A stretch of DNA of 63,492 nt, filler included, from Squatina squatina (taxonomy: Eukaryota), in NCBI GenBank assembly GCA_031763465.1. It is 4 parts of 4 records of this genome, joined end to end, with 100 filler letters (N's around TTAATTAATTAA, not from the genome) between each part and the next. Parts side by side here need not be neighbours in the genome. Positions count along the whole stretch, not along the records: positions 35,378 to 50,499 come from JARFOE010000219.1; positions 50,600 to 63,492 come from JARFOE010000001.1; 2 more parts are not named here. One strand, written 5' to 3'. Position numbers and translations under genes: made by a program. Below the pieces are notes generated by a model. That model saw nothing but the letters and a program-made list of their open reading frames with translations, did not search any database and was not told the DNA's origin. Positions within the stretch are counted from its first letter, which is position 1. Every line of letters starts with the position of its first letter. This document shows positions 47,599 to 59,693 of this stretch, piece after piece.

Positions 47599-48294
47599 GT
47601 GAGTAAATCTGTTCATTTGACTTCTTGGGGGAACCGCTACTGCATTATCGGGGATTTCAGTATGGTTATGAATACAGGAAGAAGGAGGACAAACATGCTA
47701 TACTTGAACATTTGGGCACATGATCTTAAGACTGGGGTCTTGCACTGTAACTTGAATCATGGTAGTAAGTTCAAAGTACAAGATATGAATCACCCTGATA
47801 CTTAGTGACACCTGAAATAATTCAGCTGTCTTAAATTCCAGAATTTGCAGCATTTGAAATGTCAGCAGCTTCTGAAGGTGTCTGTCCGTAGTAAGAGAAG
47901 ACCCTTCAATATTACTATACCTAACCAGAATACTCAGAAGTGCAATTAATTTGCTTAGAGAGAACACCATTTCCATATGTAGATTGATTTTGATGCAGGT
48001 GGTTCTGGCAACAATGGTATTGCCTATCCCTAGTTGTCCTGAGAAGGAAAGGCTGCTGCCTTGCTTCATAGTAATTGTTTGTACAGTTGAGTGGCTTGCA
48101 AGTCCAATTCAGGTGGCATCGAGAGCCAGTCACGTTGTGTGGGACTCGAGTTGTGTGTAGGCCATACCAGGAAGGACTGGCAGATTCCTTTTCCTGAAAG
48201 ACTTTAGCACATCAGTTGGGTCCTGTTCGACCTTGCTTCGGTGTCAAGTATCCCATCATATCTCAAGACCATTGTCCGATTCGGGTATGCTAAT

Positions 48295-48419
48295 ACAAAA
48301 GCAAAATATTGCAGATGCTGGAAATCTGGACTAAAAACAGAAAATGCTGGAAATGCTCAGCAGGTCAGGCGGCATCTGTGGAGAGAGAAACAGAGTTAAC
48401 GTTTCAGGTCAATGACCCT
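48295..48419. mobile_element. Penelope-like element terminal repeat fragment
   Basis: aaaagcaaaatattgcagatgctggaaatctg...aaatgctggaaatgctcagcaggtcaggcggcatctgtggagagagaaacagagttaacgtttcagg. Older copy near 26690-26830. Confidence 0.65.
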
Positions 48420-48519
48420 NNNNNNNNNNNNNNNNNNNNNNNNNNNNNNNNNNNNNNNNNNNNNNNNNNNNNNNNNNNNNNNNNNNNNNNNNNNNNNNNN
48501 NNNNNNNNNNNNNNNNNNN

Positions 48520-48613
48520 AAATTACTTGAAGACCAGTGCTCGATGGCAGCTTTCTGGAATCCTTGTACCATCGCAACGTGTTCTGACTGAGGAGTTCTG
48601 TGCTGCTGAATGT
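48520..48613 (+). CDS. BUB1B: BUBR1, partial internal exon preceding 49771
   Basis: NYLKTSARWQLSGILVPSQRVLTEEFCAAEC|gtaagt. Phase 0 joins DDLDGIEP, parallel to human PDVC|DEFTGIEP. Confidence 0.65.
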
Positions 48614-48744
48614 GTAAGTGATGGTACACTACTTTTGGAATTGGATGTTAACATTAAAAGTATGTATTTGTGAGTTCATCCCTAAATCCATTGAAACAAA
48701 ATAAGAACCCTGAATTTGTCTACATGCTACAATGAGGATGAGGG

Positions 48745-49170
48745 ACTTCAGTTATTTGGAAATGCTAGATAAGCTGGGATTGTTTTCCTTGGAGCAGAAT
48801 TGGGTAAGGAGCGTTTTGAACAGACTTGCTGAAAATTGAGGGGTTTTGACCAGAGTAAATAAGGAGAAAATATTTCCACTAGGAGGAGGGTCGGTAACCA
48901 GAGAACACAGAATATCACAAGTGGCAAAAGAACTCGGAGAAATTTGGGTTTTTCCCTGCAGTGAGTTATGATCTGGAATGCAGTCCCTGAAAGGGTGGAG
49001 AAAGCAGGTTCATTGGTAACTTTCAAAAGGAATTGGATAAATATTTGAACTGGAAAGCTTTGCAGGGCTATGGGGTAAAGAACAGGGATGGGGGGTGTCG
49101 TGGGACAAGTTGGATAGTTCAAGAGGCATGTCGTGGGCCAAATGGACTCCTTCTGTGCTGTAAAATTCTA
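48745..49170 (+). mobile_element. CR1 3' end
   Basis: aagctgggattgttttccttggagcag...gatctggaatgcagtccctgaaagggtgg...gggccaaatggactccttctgtgctgt. Confidence 0.85.
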
Positions 49171-49770
49171 TTATTGTTTATAACTACCCATTCCTTGTGT
49201 GGGAGGAGGAATCCTGCTCTTGGCATCTTTCTGCTAATGCCTTCTCCAAGATCAGGTGCTGCTGCATAGGGTAGTGTTTCCTGATGCACTGTGTTTTGTG
49301 AATTTAACAGTGCATTACTGTAACCAGGGCTTGGGATCTTTGAACATTCCTTTTCAGGCATTCACTTTTTATCCATTGAACTGAGAATTGTCCCTTTTTA
49401 GTCCATGACTAATTCAATTGGACTATCATCAATGGAGATATAGCATTGCTTTTGCTTTTCCTTGCATCATCTTTGGGGTTTTGGTGTCTGAAATGAGTAA
49501 TGGTATTTTCTGNNNNNNNNNNNNNNNNNNNNNNNNNNNNNNNNNNNNNNNNNNNNNNNNNNNNNNNNNNNNNNNNNNNNNNNNNNNNNNNNNNNNNNNN
49601 NNNNNNNNNNNNATTTTCCCCTGCTATGACTACAGCCATAGCTATACCCTGGCCAGTTTTAGATTGCTTTAAAATTACTATGGATATTGGGGTATCTGTT
49701 AGTATTGTGCTTGGATGTGTATGTGGTTATATGGTAAATTGGGGTATAACCTGTTGTTTTTTTTTAAAAG

Positions 49771-50039
49771 GATGATTTGGATGGGATTGAACCCCTGAAC
49801 GAGGACCACTTTGTGAGCAATGATTACCCAAACAAAACTCTTGGCCCTTATCCTGAAAACACATGTGACTTTACCAGGGGGGCACATTTGGTCTCGACAC
49901 CATTTCACCGAAATCCTCTGAATGCTAACCAGGACAGCTCAATCAAACAGAGCTCTATAGATGCTAGTAAAAATATCCCGAGTTCACTGTCGTCCCTAAA
50001 GGAGTCCTTGTTTGACCAACCTCACCTTAAGAAACTGAG
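49771..50039 (+). CDS. BUB1B: BUBR1, internal exon (269 nt) with the STP Plk1-docking site and the start of the KARD motif
   Basis: taaaag|DDLDGIEPLNEDHFVSNDYPNKTLGPYPENTCDFTRGAHLVSTPFH...PHLKKL AG|gtaag. Confidence 0.92.
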
Positions 50040-50543
50040 GTAAGAAATTGCTTTGTGGTCACTGACTTTCTGCTAGTCTTTTCTTGGACTACACCGAAAA
50101 CTGTTTAGCCCAAATATGTGAAATGATAAGACTTGTGCATGTGGCCAAAGTTTAGAAGTATTCCTATGTCAAAGTGGTGGTGGTGGTGGTGGTGGGAGCG
50201 AGAGAGAGACTAACACATCTTGGGATGGAGATTCTCTTGAACACCTCCTTACTGGAATTTTCATCCCCTTTTTACGGTGCTTATGTAGTTGAATTGGTAG
50301 TCATCTTCCAGTGTCCGATTTTCTATTTTTGTATTCGTTTCTGGGATGTGGGTGTGCCCATCCTAATCTCCCTTGACAAGGTGGTGGTGGTGAGCCACCT
50401 TCTTGGTCCACTGCAGTCTGCATGGTGATGTTAGCTGTGAGGAGGATGCTATGAGGCTGCAGGGTGACTTGGATAGGTTAGGTGAGTGGGCAGATGCAGN
50501 NNNNNNNNNNNNNNNNNNNNNNNNNNNNNNNNNNNNNNNNNNN

Positions 50544-50555
50544 TTAATTAATTAA
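50544..50555. other. Artificial scaffolding linker TTAATTAATTAA
   Basis: Flanked by 44 N on each side. Confidence 0.97.
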
Positions 50556-53329
50556 NNNNNNNNNNNNNNNNNNNNNNNNNNNNNNNNNNNNNNNNNNNNC
50601 TGAGATACAGAAACCACCACACAAACAGCGACACAGAAGAGAGGAAACCAGGAATGATAAAAGAGGGAGAGAAAAATTGAAGGAGAATCATGACAGAGAG
50701 ATACAGAGACAGCCACAAGACTGAGTGTGTGAGAAAAAAGACAAACAAAACAAAGAGGAAGCAGAAAGAATTAGAGGCTGGAAGACAAGCAGAGAGACAG
50801 TTACAAATGAGAGGAACAATTTGTTTTTAATTTATCATCCCCGGCCTATGCCACAGGAGGTCAACTCATAAGCAGTCTGAAAGTTTTTAGTATTTAAAAT
50901 GTTGTGCCTTACATGACGAATATCCATTATTGTAATGTGACGATATTAAAATGTCATAATGTAATGTAATCAGCTTTTTTTCCCCTTTTAGCAAATGTAA
51001 ATCACATTAATGTGAGAGATTTAACACAAAATGGACTGAGAAAACCAGAAGAAACATTTGTGTATGGGCTTAGAAAAGTACGATTCCACTTACAAATCCA
51101 AAACATTCAGTGATAGGTTGCTTTGCCTTACATTTATCTCAAAAGACTTAAACATTACAAACGGGTTACAAGTTCAAACAGGAAACCTGGCTACTTACAA
51201 TTAACAGTCCAGACTTGTTAAATTTTTAAAAAATTAAAAATAAAATGTGTTTTTTATTAATTGAAAAATTGGGCTTGGTATCTTATCCAGTGATTGTCTT
51301 CGCCTGAATATTAAAATTTCATGCAACTATTTTCTACAGTGAATATTTCCCAAACCCTTACAAGTGCAACGGTAAAGCTTCCATCTTACAACAGCCCTCA
51401 GAGGGTTAATGTTGCTGAGTGTTACTTCATTATAGCTGTTTAGACATATGGCTAGGAAATGATCCATTGGGAAGAAAAATACACAGATTTACTCTGCAGT
51501 ACGTACTAAAATAATCCAAAAGTGAGCACACTAACACATACCATATTTCACATGTTGCTGACATCTTCAGAGAATCTTAGATAATGGCAAAGAGAGCACT
51601 TTGGGACCAAATTTTAAACCCCTGGGGTTACCAGGAATCTGTTGCTTGCAAGCGAGCAATTCCCAGGGACAAGCATTTNNNNNNNNNNNNNNNNNNNNNN
51701 NNNNNNNNNNNNNNNNNNNNNNNNNNNNNNNNNNNNNNNNNNNNNNNNNNNNNNNNNNNNNNNNNNNNNNNNNNNNNNCCTATATGAAAAATAATCTCCT
51801 GACGTTGAAGCTAGTTCAATGCATATGTAACTTGCATGCATTTTCAACAGCTACCATCACTCCTGGCTCCTTGGTTGATTCCTTGCTGATAATTCGTCTG
51901 AAATCAGGTGAAAATGCAGTAGGAAACTTTATCACGCCTGTGAGGTGGGGCCCGTAACAGTGAGCTGTGTAATTTTTTACTTGGTGTCAGTTGGGCGACA
52001 TATTGCTTCAGTAAATTTGCTAGATTACAGAAAATCACCGTTGTACTGTCTGAAAGAGAAGCATGATCAGCATCAATAACCACTCTACCAGGTGCCAGAT
52101 GAGAAATGCTGCAGGAGATTTACTAATGCTACTTATTTTTTGCTTGCAATTTCCATGAGCATTCTCTGTCAGCAGATTAATGGAGCCCTTGGAGGAACAG
52201 CGCAAGTAGCTAGAAATGGCTGCATACGCTGTCCCTACAGGGGCTCCACTGACCTCCTGCTGCTGTTACCACAGATGATCAGGTGAAACACTGCAAAAAT
52301 TCAGAGCCAAAGTCTATAACGGTGCAACTTGAATTAAGATTTTTTAAGAGTCGAGTTCTGGGTGACAAAAGGCCATTCTTTCTTAAAGGAAAAGTTTCTC
52401 CCTTTTTGTTGGCCTCCCTGAGCAACTATTTAAAACTATCAAAATCAAATCTGTTCAGCATATGTACATGTTTAAAATAACCTTGGGTTTTCAAAACATT
52501 TTATATGGTCTGTTCGGCATGAATGGTGTAACGCTTAGTTACAGCTACGAGTTTATGAAAAGACTCAGCAAATATTCTTAAATCCAATTAAGTGGCTCTA
52601 TATTTTTTGTCACAGACGATGTATGACTTCAATATAAGGCCTAGTCTTATTTGCTGTGACCATATAGGTAACCACAAAGTAGGCATGGAGTGAAAGAAAG
52701 CATTGAAAAAAAGAATTAGAAAAAAGAAAGAATATTAAAGGCATTGGGATGGAAAGTTAACGTGCTGGGATTCAAATTTCTATCCACAATTCCCCATGTG
52801 GTGAGTTCCTGATCTCAACAATGCCATTGTGGGAGGAGTTCAGTGATGGCCACGTAATTCCATAGAAGGAATGGGAAATCAGAGAGCTAGTCATCCCAGA
52901 ATGCTTTCAAACACCTTTTAATTGGTGCTAAAGTATCACTTGGCAGATGCATTGAAGCAAGTCTTCAGCTAGTACTCTTAGCTTGTAGTCAGGGAAAAGA
53001 AGTAAGTACTCTTCCCCAGAAGCTGCTGCTCAGACATTGGCACACCGTGTGGATAAGATAGTGAGCCAGAGGGTTCTGCACATGGTGAAATACGCAGCAT
53101 TGGTGGGCAGCAGCAGGTCCTGGTGGCAGGGACAGTACAGAAGGGAGAGCTCCTCTCAGCTCTGCGGAAGAATTCAAAGATGAGAACTGCAGGGGGCCAG
53201 CCATGAAAATACCACTTCTGGCATCACACAAACAGTTGCATGGAGACTGCCAAGGAGTTTCACTACTGTGGCTGAAAGTGTGGAGTAGTCCACTTCCAGG
53301 CTTGGAGGGGGTGCAGTGTAGATTCACCA

Positions 53330-53722
53330 AAAAGAAAGACTTGCATCTATATAGCACCTTTCATAACCTCAGAACATCCCAAAACACTTTACAGCCAATG
53401 AAGTGTAGTCACTGGTGTAATGTGGGAAACGCGGCAGCCGATTTGTGCACAGCAAGCTTCCACGGACAGCAATGTGATAATGACCAGATAATGTGTTTTA
53501 GTGATGTTGATTGTGGAATAAATATTGTCCAGGGCAGCAGGGAGAGCTCTCCTGCTCTTCTTCAAAGTAGTGCCACGTGATCTTTTATGTCCACCTGAGA
53601 GAGCAGATGGGGCCTCGGTTTAACTTCTCATCTAAAAGACAGCACCTCAAACAGTGCAGCGCTCCCACAGTACTGCACTGGAGTATCAGCCCAGATTTGT
53701 GTGCTGAAATCTCTGGAGTGGG
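53330..53722 (-). mobile_element. Deu-domain SINE (SacSINE1-like)
   Basis: Collinear reverse complement of 17590-18030. Confidence 0.88.
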
Positions 53723-55189
53723 NNNNNNNNNNNNNNNNNNNNNNNNNNNNNNNNNNNNNNNNNNNNNNNNNNNNNNNNNNNNNNNNNNNNNNNNNNNNNN
53801 NNNNNNNNNNNNNNNNNNNNNNTGAGTATTTTGCTAGCAATGGCTTTCATTATATGATGTACAATCTGAAGCATCTTTGGGTCTGATGCTACGGACCGAT
53901 TTATAGTAAATAATCCCTAGGTCCCTATTTAGCCCCCATACAAGCAATGTTTTCAGCCATGGCTTGGCCATAGCAGACATTTTTGTGGTGAAAGCATTAA
54001 ACCCACGTGCAGTTTTCTTTCTGTGGTCATAGGGGGTTGTGCTCTTCTCCCATTAGTTGAATAAATCATAAAGTTTCCAGACCACACAAGAAGTTTGCAA
54101 GGCAAGCCACATGCACAGCCGTGTCCTGTCATTTCTATCAGAATACAGGAAAAAGAAAAACAAAAAAAAAACTCGGAGAACTGGTTGAGTAAAACCACTG
54201 GAATTTTGTCTTTTAATTTCCACAATGAGTGAATACAGTTTTATTTTATGACATTGCAATTGCAGAATGGGTTCAGCTCCTCACAAAATGATATACATTA
54301 CCCACTTTATATACTGTGTCTTAAGCCAGTTGCAGTCTGTAGTTTGGTACAGCGTAAAGAACATATTTGTAAAGGAATCTAATGCAAAATGGAACAATTC
54401 AGAGGCTTCTTAATGAAAGGTCTCCATTACTGTGTCGTAATACAACTAATTGGAAATTAATTAAATAGAACTAAAAGATCTGTCTCGAATGTTAGGTCAA
54501 ATGATTCATGCTGCCAGTGGCAGTAATGAATTTGTGAGGTCTGGAAGTCTGACAAGTACTGTACAGTTAGTTCCCATCAATCAGGAAATGAGATAAGAGG
54601 CAAAAATTCAAAATTTGCCACCAACATGCAAACCTTATCACTCTCCACAGTGGTGTTAACAAGCAAACTATATAGCTGCAATAAAACCTTTAAGGATTCT
54701 TGGCACATAAAAAATGATATTTCATAACCACACAGTCTAGCAGTTTGCAACACATTTGCAGGAGAGTTATTTTAATCATTTCAAACAAGCTGACAGTGAA
54801 AGAAAGAAAAGGAATGTGAAGCCATTCCAGAATTTTAGTAAACTCACTTTTTTTGAATTCATTATGCAACTATAGATGCAGCACAGCAAAATTTCACTTT
54901 TATTCTGCTAGCACACATTGTATACTATACTAACAGCTAAGTACAGCATTAGACACCAAAGTCTTGAAACAATAAAGAGCAAAAGATTTTTTGAATAAAT
55001 GCTGCTACACTTTAACAACGACTCTGGAAACCATTAACAACCTTAAATTTCATATGTGTGGNNNNNNNNNNNNNNNNNNNNNNNNNNNNNNNNNNNNNNN
55101 NNNNNNNNNNNNNNNNNNNNNNNNNNNNNNNNNNNNNNNNNNNNNNNNNNNNNNNNNNNNNTCCATTAATATAGTGCCTTTAGCAAACT

Positions 55190-55512
55190 CAGAACATTCT
55201 TAAGACACTTCACAGACAATCAAGTACTGTGAAGTGTAGTCACTGTTGTAACATAGAAAATGAATCCACCAGATTGTACACAAGGTTCCAAAAATAGCAG
55301 TGAGATAGATGGCCTGATAATCTGTATTAGGGATGTTGGTGCAGAGATAAATGTTGGCCAGAACACCAAGAGAAATCCACTGCTCTTCTTCAAATAATTT
55401 CATGGGATCTTTTAGATCCACCTGAGATGGCAGACGGAGCCTTGGTTTAGCATCTTTTCTGAGAGACAACGCCTCCAACAGCATAGCACTCCCTCAGTAG
55501 TACATTGGAGTG
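55190..55512 (-). mobile_element. Deu-domain SINE (SacSINE1-like)
   Basis: ctgctcttcttcaaataatttcatgggatcttttagatccacctgaga Deu core in reverse orientation. Confidence 0.85.
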
Positions 55513-58500
55513 TACTACTGCCACTGTGTTTTGTTTGGATAAAAGTTCCTCTACTCAACTTTCATCTCAAACACCATTGGGACTGGGGAAGATACATAAA
55601 TTAAGAGTAACACACAAGGGAGCTAGAGAGAGCTAAGTACCAGCAAAACCTGTGAGTAGATAAGCTGCCTTTTCTGAATGTTTCTAGCTCATGGCAGGTC
55701 GTCAGAGTGATGTTCGTAGATAAGATATAGGCACAAGAAGAGAATTTCATTGCCATTTCAGAGGTTTTTTATTGGGTGACGATTATTCTCTGTGGGGCAC
55801 ATTGAAGATAGTATTATTGTATTCATATGGCTAGAGACCATTACCCCTTTTATAGATGGTATACATTCTTGTAAAATTTCTCCTCTAATGCATTTACTTG
55901 TATATTCCTTGTATTCAGATTTTGGACTCAATTTAATATAAATTATTGAATCTAGTTCAGACACTCTGTACATATATATTTTCAAAAAACCATGAGTAAT
56001 CACAAGGCAGAAACCTCATCACGTGGTTCCAGTAATATTGTAAACTGCAAGATTGAAGCCTAGTTGGCATTTAAGCTCTGAATTTATCGTATATGTACTC
56101 AGAGTTTATGGGTAGTTTATCCCTTTGTTCCAATAGTCATAGCAGTTGATGGATAATTATTGCACAGTGAAGATTAACATTTATGACATAACTTGGAAGT
56201 TTGCCTTATGATAATGAACATTTTACCAGAAATGTCAGTATCTGTGTGATAAAAACAATTCACCTGGCAGTCCCTGTGTGATAAATATAAATCACCTGAC
56301 ATGTTAACTATTCATGTGCCATGGAACAGTTTATTTGTTCAAGCACGTTGAGTGACCTGTGCAGACCATATGACAAGTTTGCTATTTTGTTGGTAGTCCT
56401 TGCTGTCTCCATACATCAGGATTCACATTCTGAAACCAAATCAATGTTCATGGGTTGGGCTTTTGATTGACAGAAAATATGCATTTAGAGCCATTTTGAA
56501 TCAATGAAGGCCCAATTGCTGTCAACTCCAACTGGACAGCAAAGCTAAACAAAAAAAAAGGTAAATAAAAAGTTTTAAAGTTTTTTTTAGGGAACAAAAT
56601 ATTATAGCAAATGTAGACTAATGCAAAACAAAAGAGATGGGGTAATAAAGAACAATACCTCAACAACCAGAATTAACGTGATGTGTGGTCAATGAGGGAA
56701 GCAGATCAGAGACACTGAGCAGAGCGGGCGGAAAGTGTCAATGATAGGGCTGCTCAGCAACAGATTTTGGAAGAACGGGGTGCTCGGGGAGACCACACAG
56801 AGTGTAAAAGGAGGATGAAGGAGTTGGAGGGAAAATTGCAGGTTCAAAGAGGTATTGTGTGTGCTTGCTGCTGAGATGATGGTTTCAAAGACAAAAGAAA
56901 AAGAAACTTAAAGTTGAAACCAACACTTAAACTGTCAGCTTTGGTGCTGAGAAAAATAAAAAACAAGTTTTACTGAGTGAAAGGAGCTTTAAGAAATGCT
57001 GGAATTTCAGTTTGTGTCAAAGAGTGTGTTAAAATGTAGTTTAACACCTGATTATGAATATTTCTTTTCTCTGACCTCCCGTCTTACAGCAGGACCCATG
57101 AAATCTGAGTCATCTCCCTTCTTACCCNNNNNNNNNNNNNNNNNNNNNNNNNNNNNNNNNNNNNNNNNNNNNNNNNNNNNNNNNNNNNNNNNNNNNNNNN
57201 NNNNNNNNNNNNNNNNNNNNNNNNNNNATACTGGGACAGCCAGGGCATGGCGGGCGTCGGCGACGAAATGCTGGCTCCCGCCCCATACGCGTTTCCAGCA
57301 CAACGGGCCCCAATTTCGCTCCCCAGAACTGTGCAGTGCTCAGGGTGTGGTCTAACTAATGTTCTAAATAAGTGAACCTAACTTCCCTGCTTTTCAATTC
57401 TATTCCTCTCGAAATAAACCCCAGTGCTTTGTTTGCATTTTTATGGCCTTGTTAATTAATACAGTCGGAAAGTTTTCAAAGAAGCATTAATCTTCATCAC
57501 AGTATGGTTGCATAGTACATTCGTGCAAATAACCTTCAGTTCCTGGCACACATGCTTGCAGATTAGTATAAACATTAAGATCTGCTGCATAATGAAGTTA
57601 ATTAGTTGTTTAAACACTAATTAAATGTTACTTTATGACAACAGAAAAACGGGTACTGTTTTGATTTAAACAGGAAATCCAGAAGATAACAATGATTTTG
57701 TGCATCAGGATTCTTCCATGCTGCCCTAGATAGTCTAGCTACATATTATCAAGCTAGATAATATGTAGCTTGACGAGCTCCGTGGAATAAATACAGTAAC
57801 ATTACAAATTAGTGGACAGCATTTGGCCATCCTTTTACAGTGACAAAGACGACAAAAGTTTATCTTATCTAGGAATGATTTCCAATCCAAGTTTTCAGTA
57901 GAACTGGAGGAAGGCTTTTGTTAGTTTAAATCATTTACAGAATGTAATTGGGCTTTTTGTTTATTATACTTTGCATATCTTATCTATATCAAAGTATTAG
58001 TTTTTCTCAATATGCCACTGTAAGTATTCCCATGTCAACTATACTATTGCAGACATGCCAGACATTGTTTTAAATTATCAACACCAAAGCATGTTGGACT
58101 TATTCCCAACCTCAACTACACAAATATTTATTGGAATGTTGAGTTTTGTTATATTTCTCTCATTTATTTGATAATTCCTTGATTAAAAGCTATCTAATTC
58201 TGAATAAAATTATACTGATGATCACTGCATGCTGTTCAAAACAAAACAGTTTCCTCCGTGCAATTATCCAGCACATAATGTATACAAGATAATGAAAATC
58301 CTGATAACAGAACATATTACTTTCATCTAAACTGTCTCTTCCTGTCCTGTGACTCTGTTTAACAACAGAATAATCTCAAAATAATACTGGAATCCCCCTC
58401 ATCTTTCTTTTTCTGTGATGTAAATCCATAGAGAAAAAGCTTTGCATTAGGAAATAAGAAGCCATATACATAAACTTTGGGATGAGAAGGAAATACAAAT

Positions 58501-58650
58501 TCTGAATGGCAAGGTTTGGCTAGAATAGTGGAACATAAGAGCATAAGAAANNNNNNNNNNNNNNNNNNNNNNNNNNNNNNNNNNNNNNNNNNNNNNNNNN
58601 NNNNNNNNNNNNNNNNNNNNNNNNNNNNNNNNNNNNNNNNNNNNNNNNNN

Positions 58651-58822
58651 TATACCTTTCACACTAAATCTATCCCAGTTAATATTAGGGAAGTTGAAAT
58701 CCCCCACTATTACTGCCCTATTGCTTTTGCACTTCAGAGATTTGCCTACATATTTGCTCTTCTACCTCCCTCTGACTGCTTGGCGGTCTATAGTACACTC
58801 CCAGCAGTGTGATTGCCCCTTT
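58651..58822 (-). mobile_element. CR1 ORF2 AP-endonuclease fragment
   Basis: GVYYRPP and VGDFNFPNINWD motifs on the minus strand. Confidence 0.85.
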
Positions 58823-59625
58823 TTTTTGTAAAAATTTATGAAATAAGTTAATGCCTGCATAAAAATAGTACAGGAATATGACACAAATGCATTAAACATT
58901 TGCACTTTAACTTGCTGACCAGAATTTCAGCTCAACCTGTGTTGAAATTTCTGAATCTTTTTTTCATTTAAAATGAAGAAAATGTTAAAATCTTTTTAAA
59001 GTTCTCATTCAGATGTTCTGACAGTGTCAAACACCTCTATGTTAAAGAGTTAATAACAACGTGAAATATAATTTGAAGAGTGCATACTGAGAAATTTGAC
59101 ATTTTTCCAACATCACTTTCATGCACTCATTCATTTCAATGGGAGGGACTGCAGCTGTATCAATAATAGAGAGCAGATAGGAAGCAAAGTAATTTAAAAA
59201 GAGATAATTGTCAAAATATTTACAGAAACAAAAAATTGAATCATTCTCCCTCTTCCCTTTGCCTAATTTGATGGGAGCAATTTTATTTTAATCAGTGCTG
59301 TTGCTTGTCTGCATCTTTATAAACTTATGCAGATTAAAATTCAACTTAAGATATGAATGAAAGGGTCAACAGCTTGGATAAGTTTGATATGGAGCCAGAC
59401 TGATAGACGTCCCTCTGCTTAGAAACAATTTTCAGTAATTGCCAAAAAACAAAAGAAAAATATTCTGTGAAAATCAACAAATGTCTCTATCATAAGCAAA
59501 TTTTCCAAAAGGGTGGTTTATCTGGTGAGCTCCTTGAAATATTTATCAGATCAGTGTAATGTAAATATCAAATTGTCCATTATTTATCATGTAATTTAAA
59601 CTCCTCATACACTCTAGCTTTTGTT

Positions 59626-59693
59626 ACATAAGAACATAAGAATTAGGAGCAGCAGTAGGACATACGACCCTTTGAGCCTTCTCCGCCATTCAA
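59626..59693 (-). mobile_element. CR1 3' terminus
   Basis: acataagaacataagaattaggagcagcagtagga...tccgccattcaa. Confidence 0.8.

Noticed and set aside
52092-52286. AG/GT-bounded open stretch as a coding exon
   Set aside because: Weak polypyrimidine tract and no recognisable protein. It could equally be non-coding.
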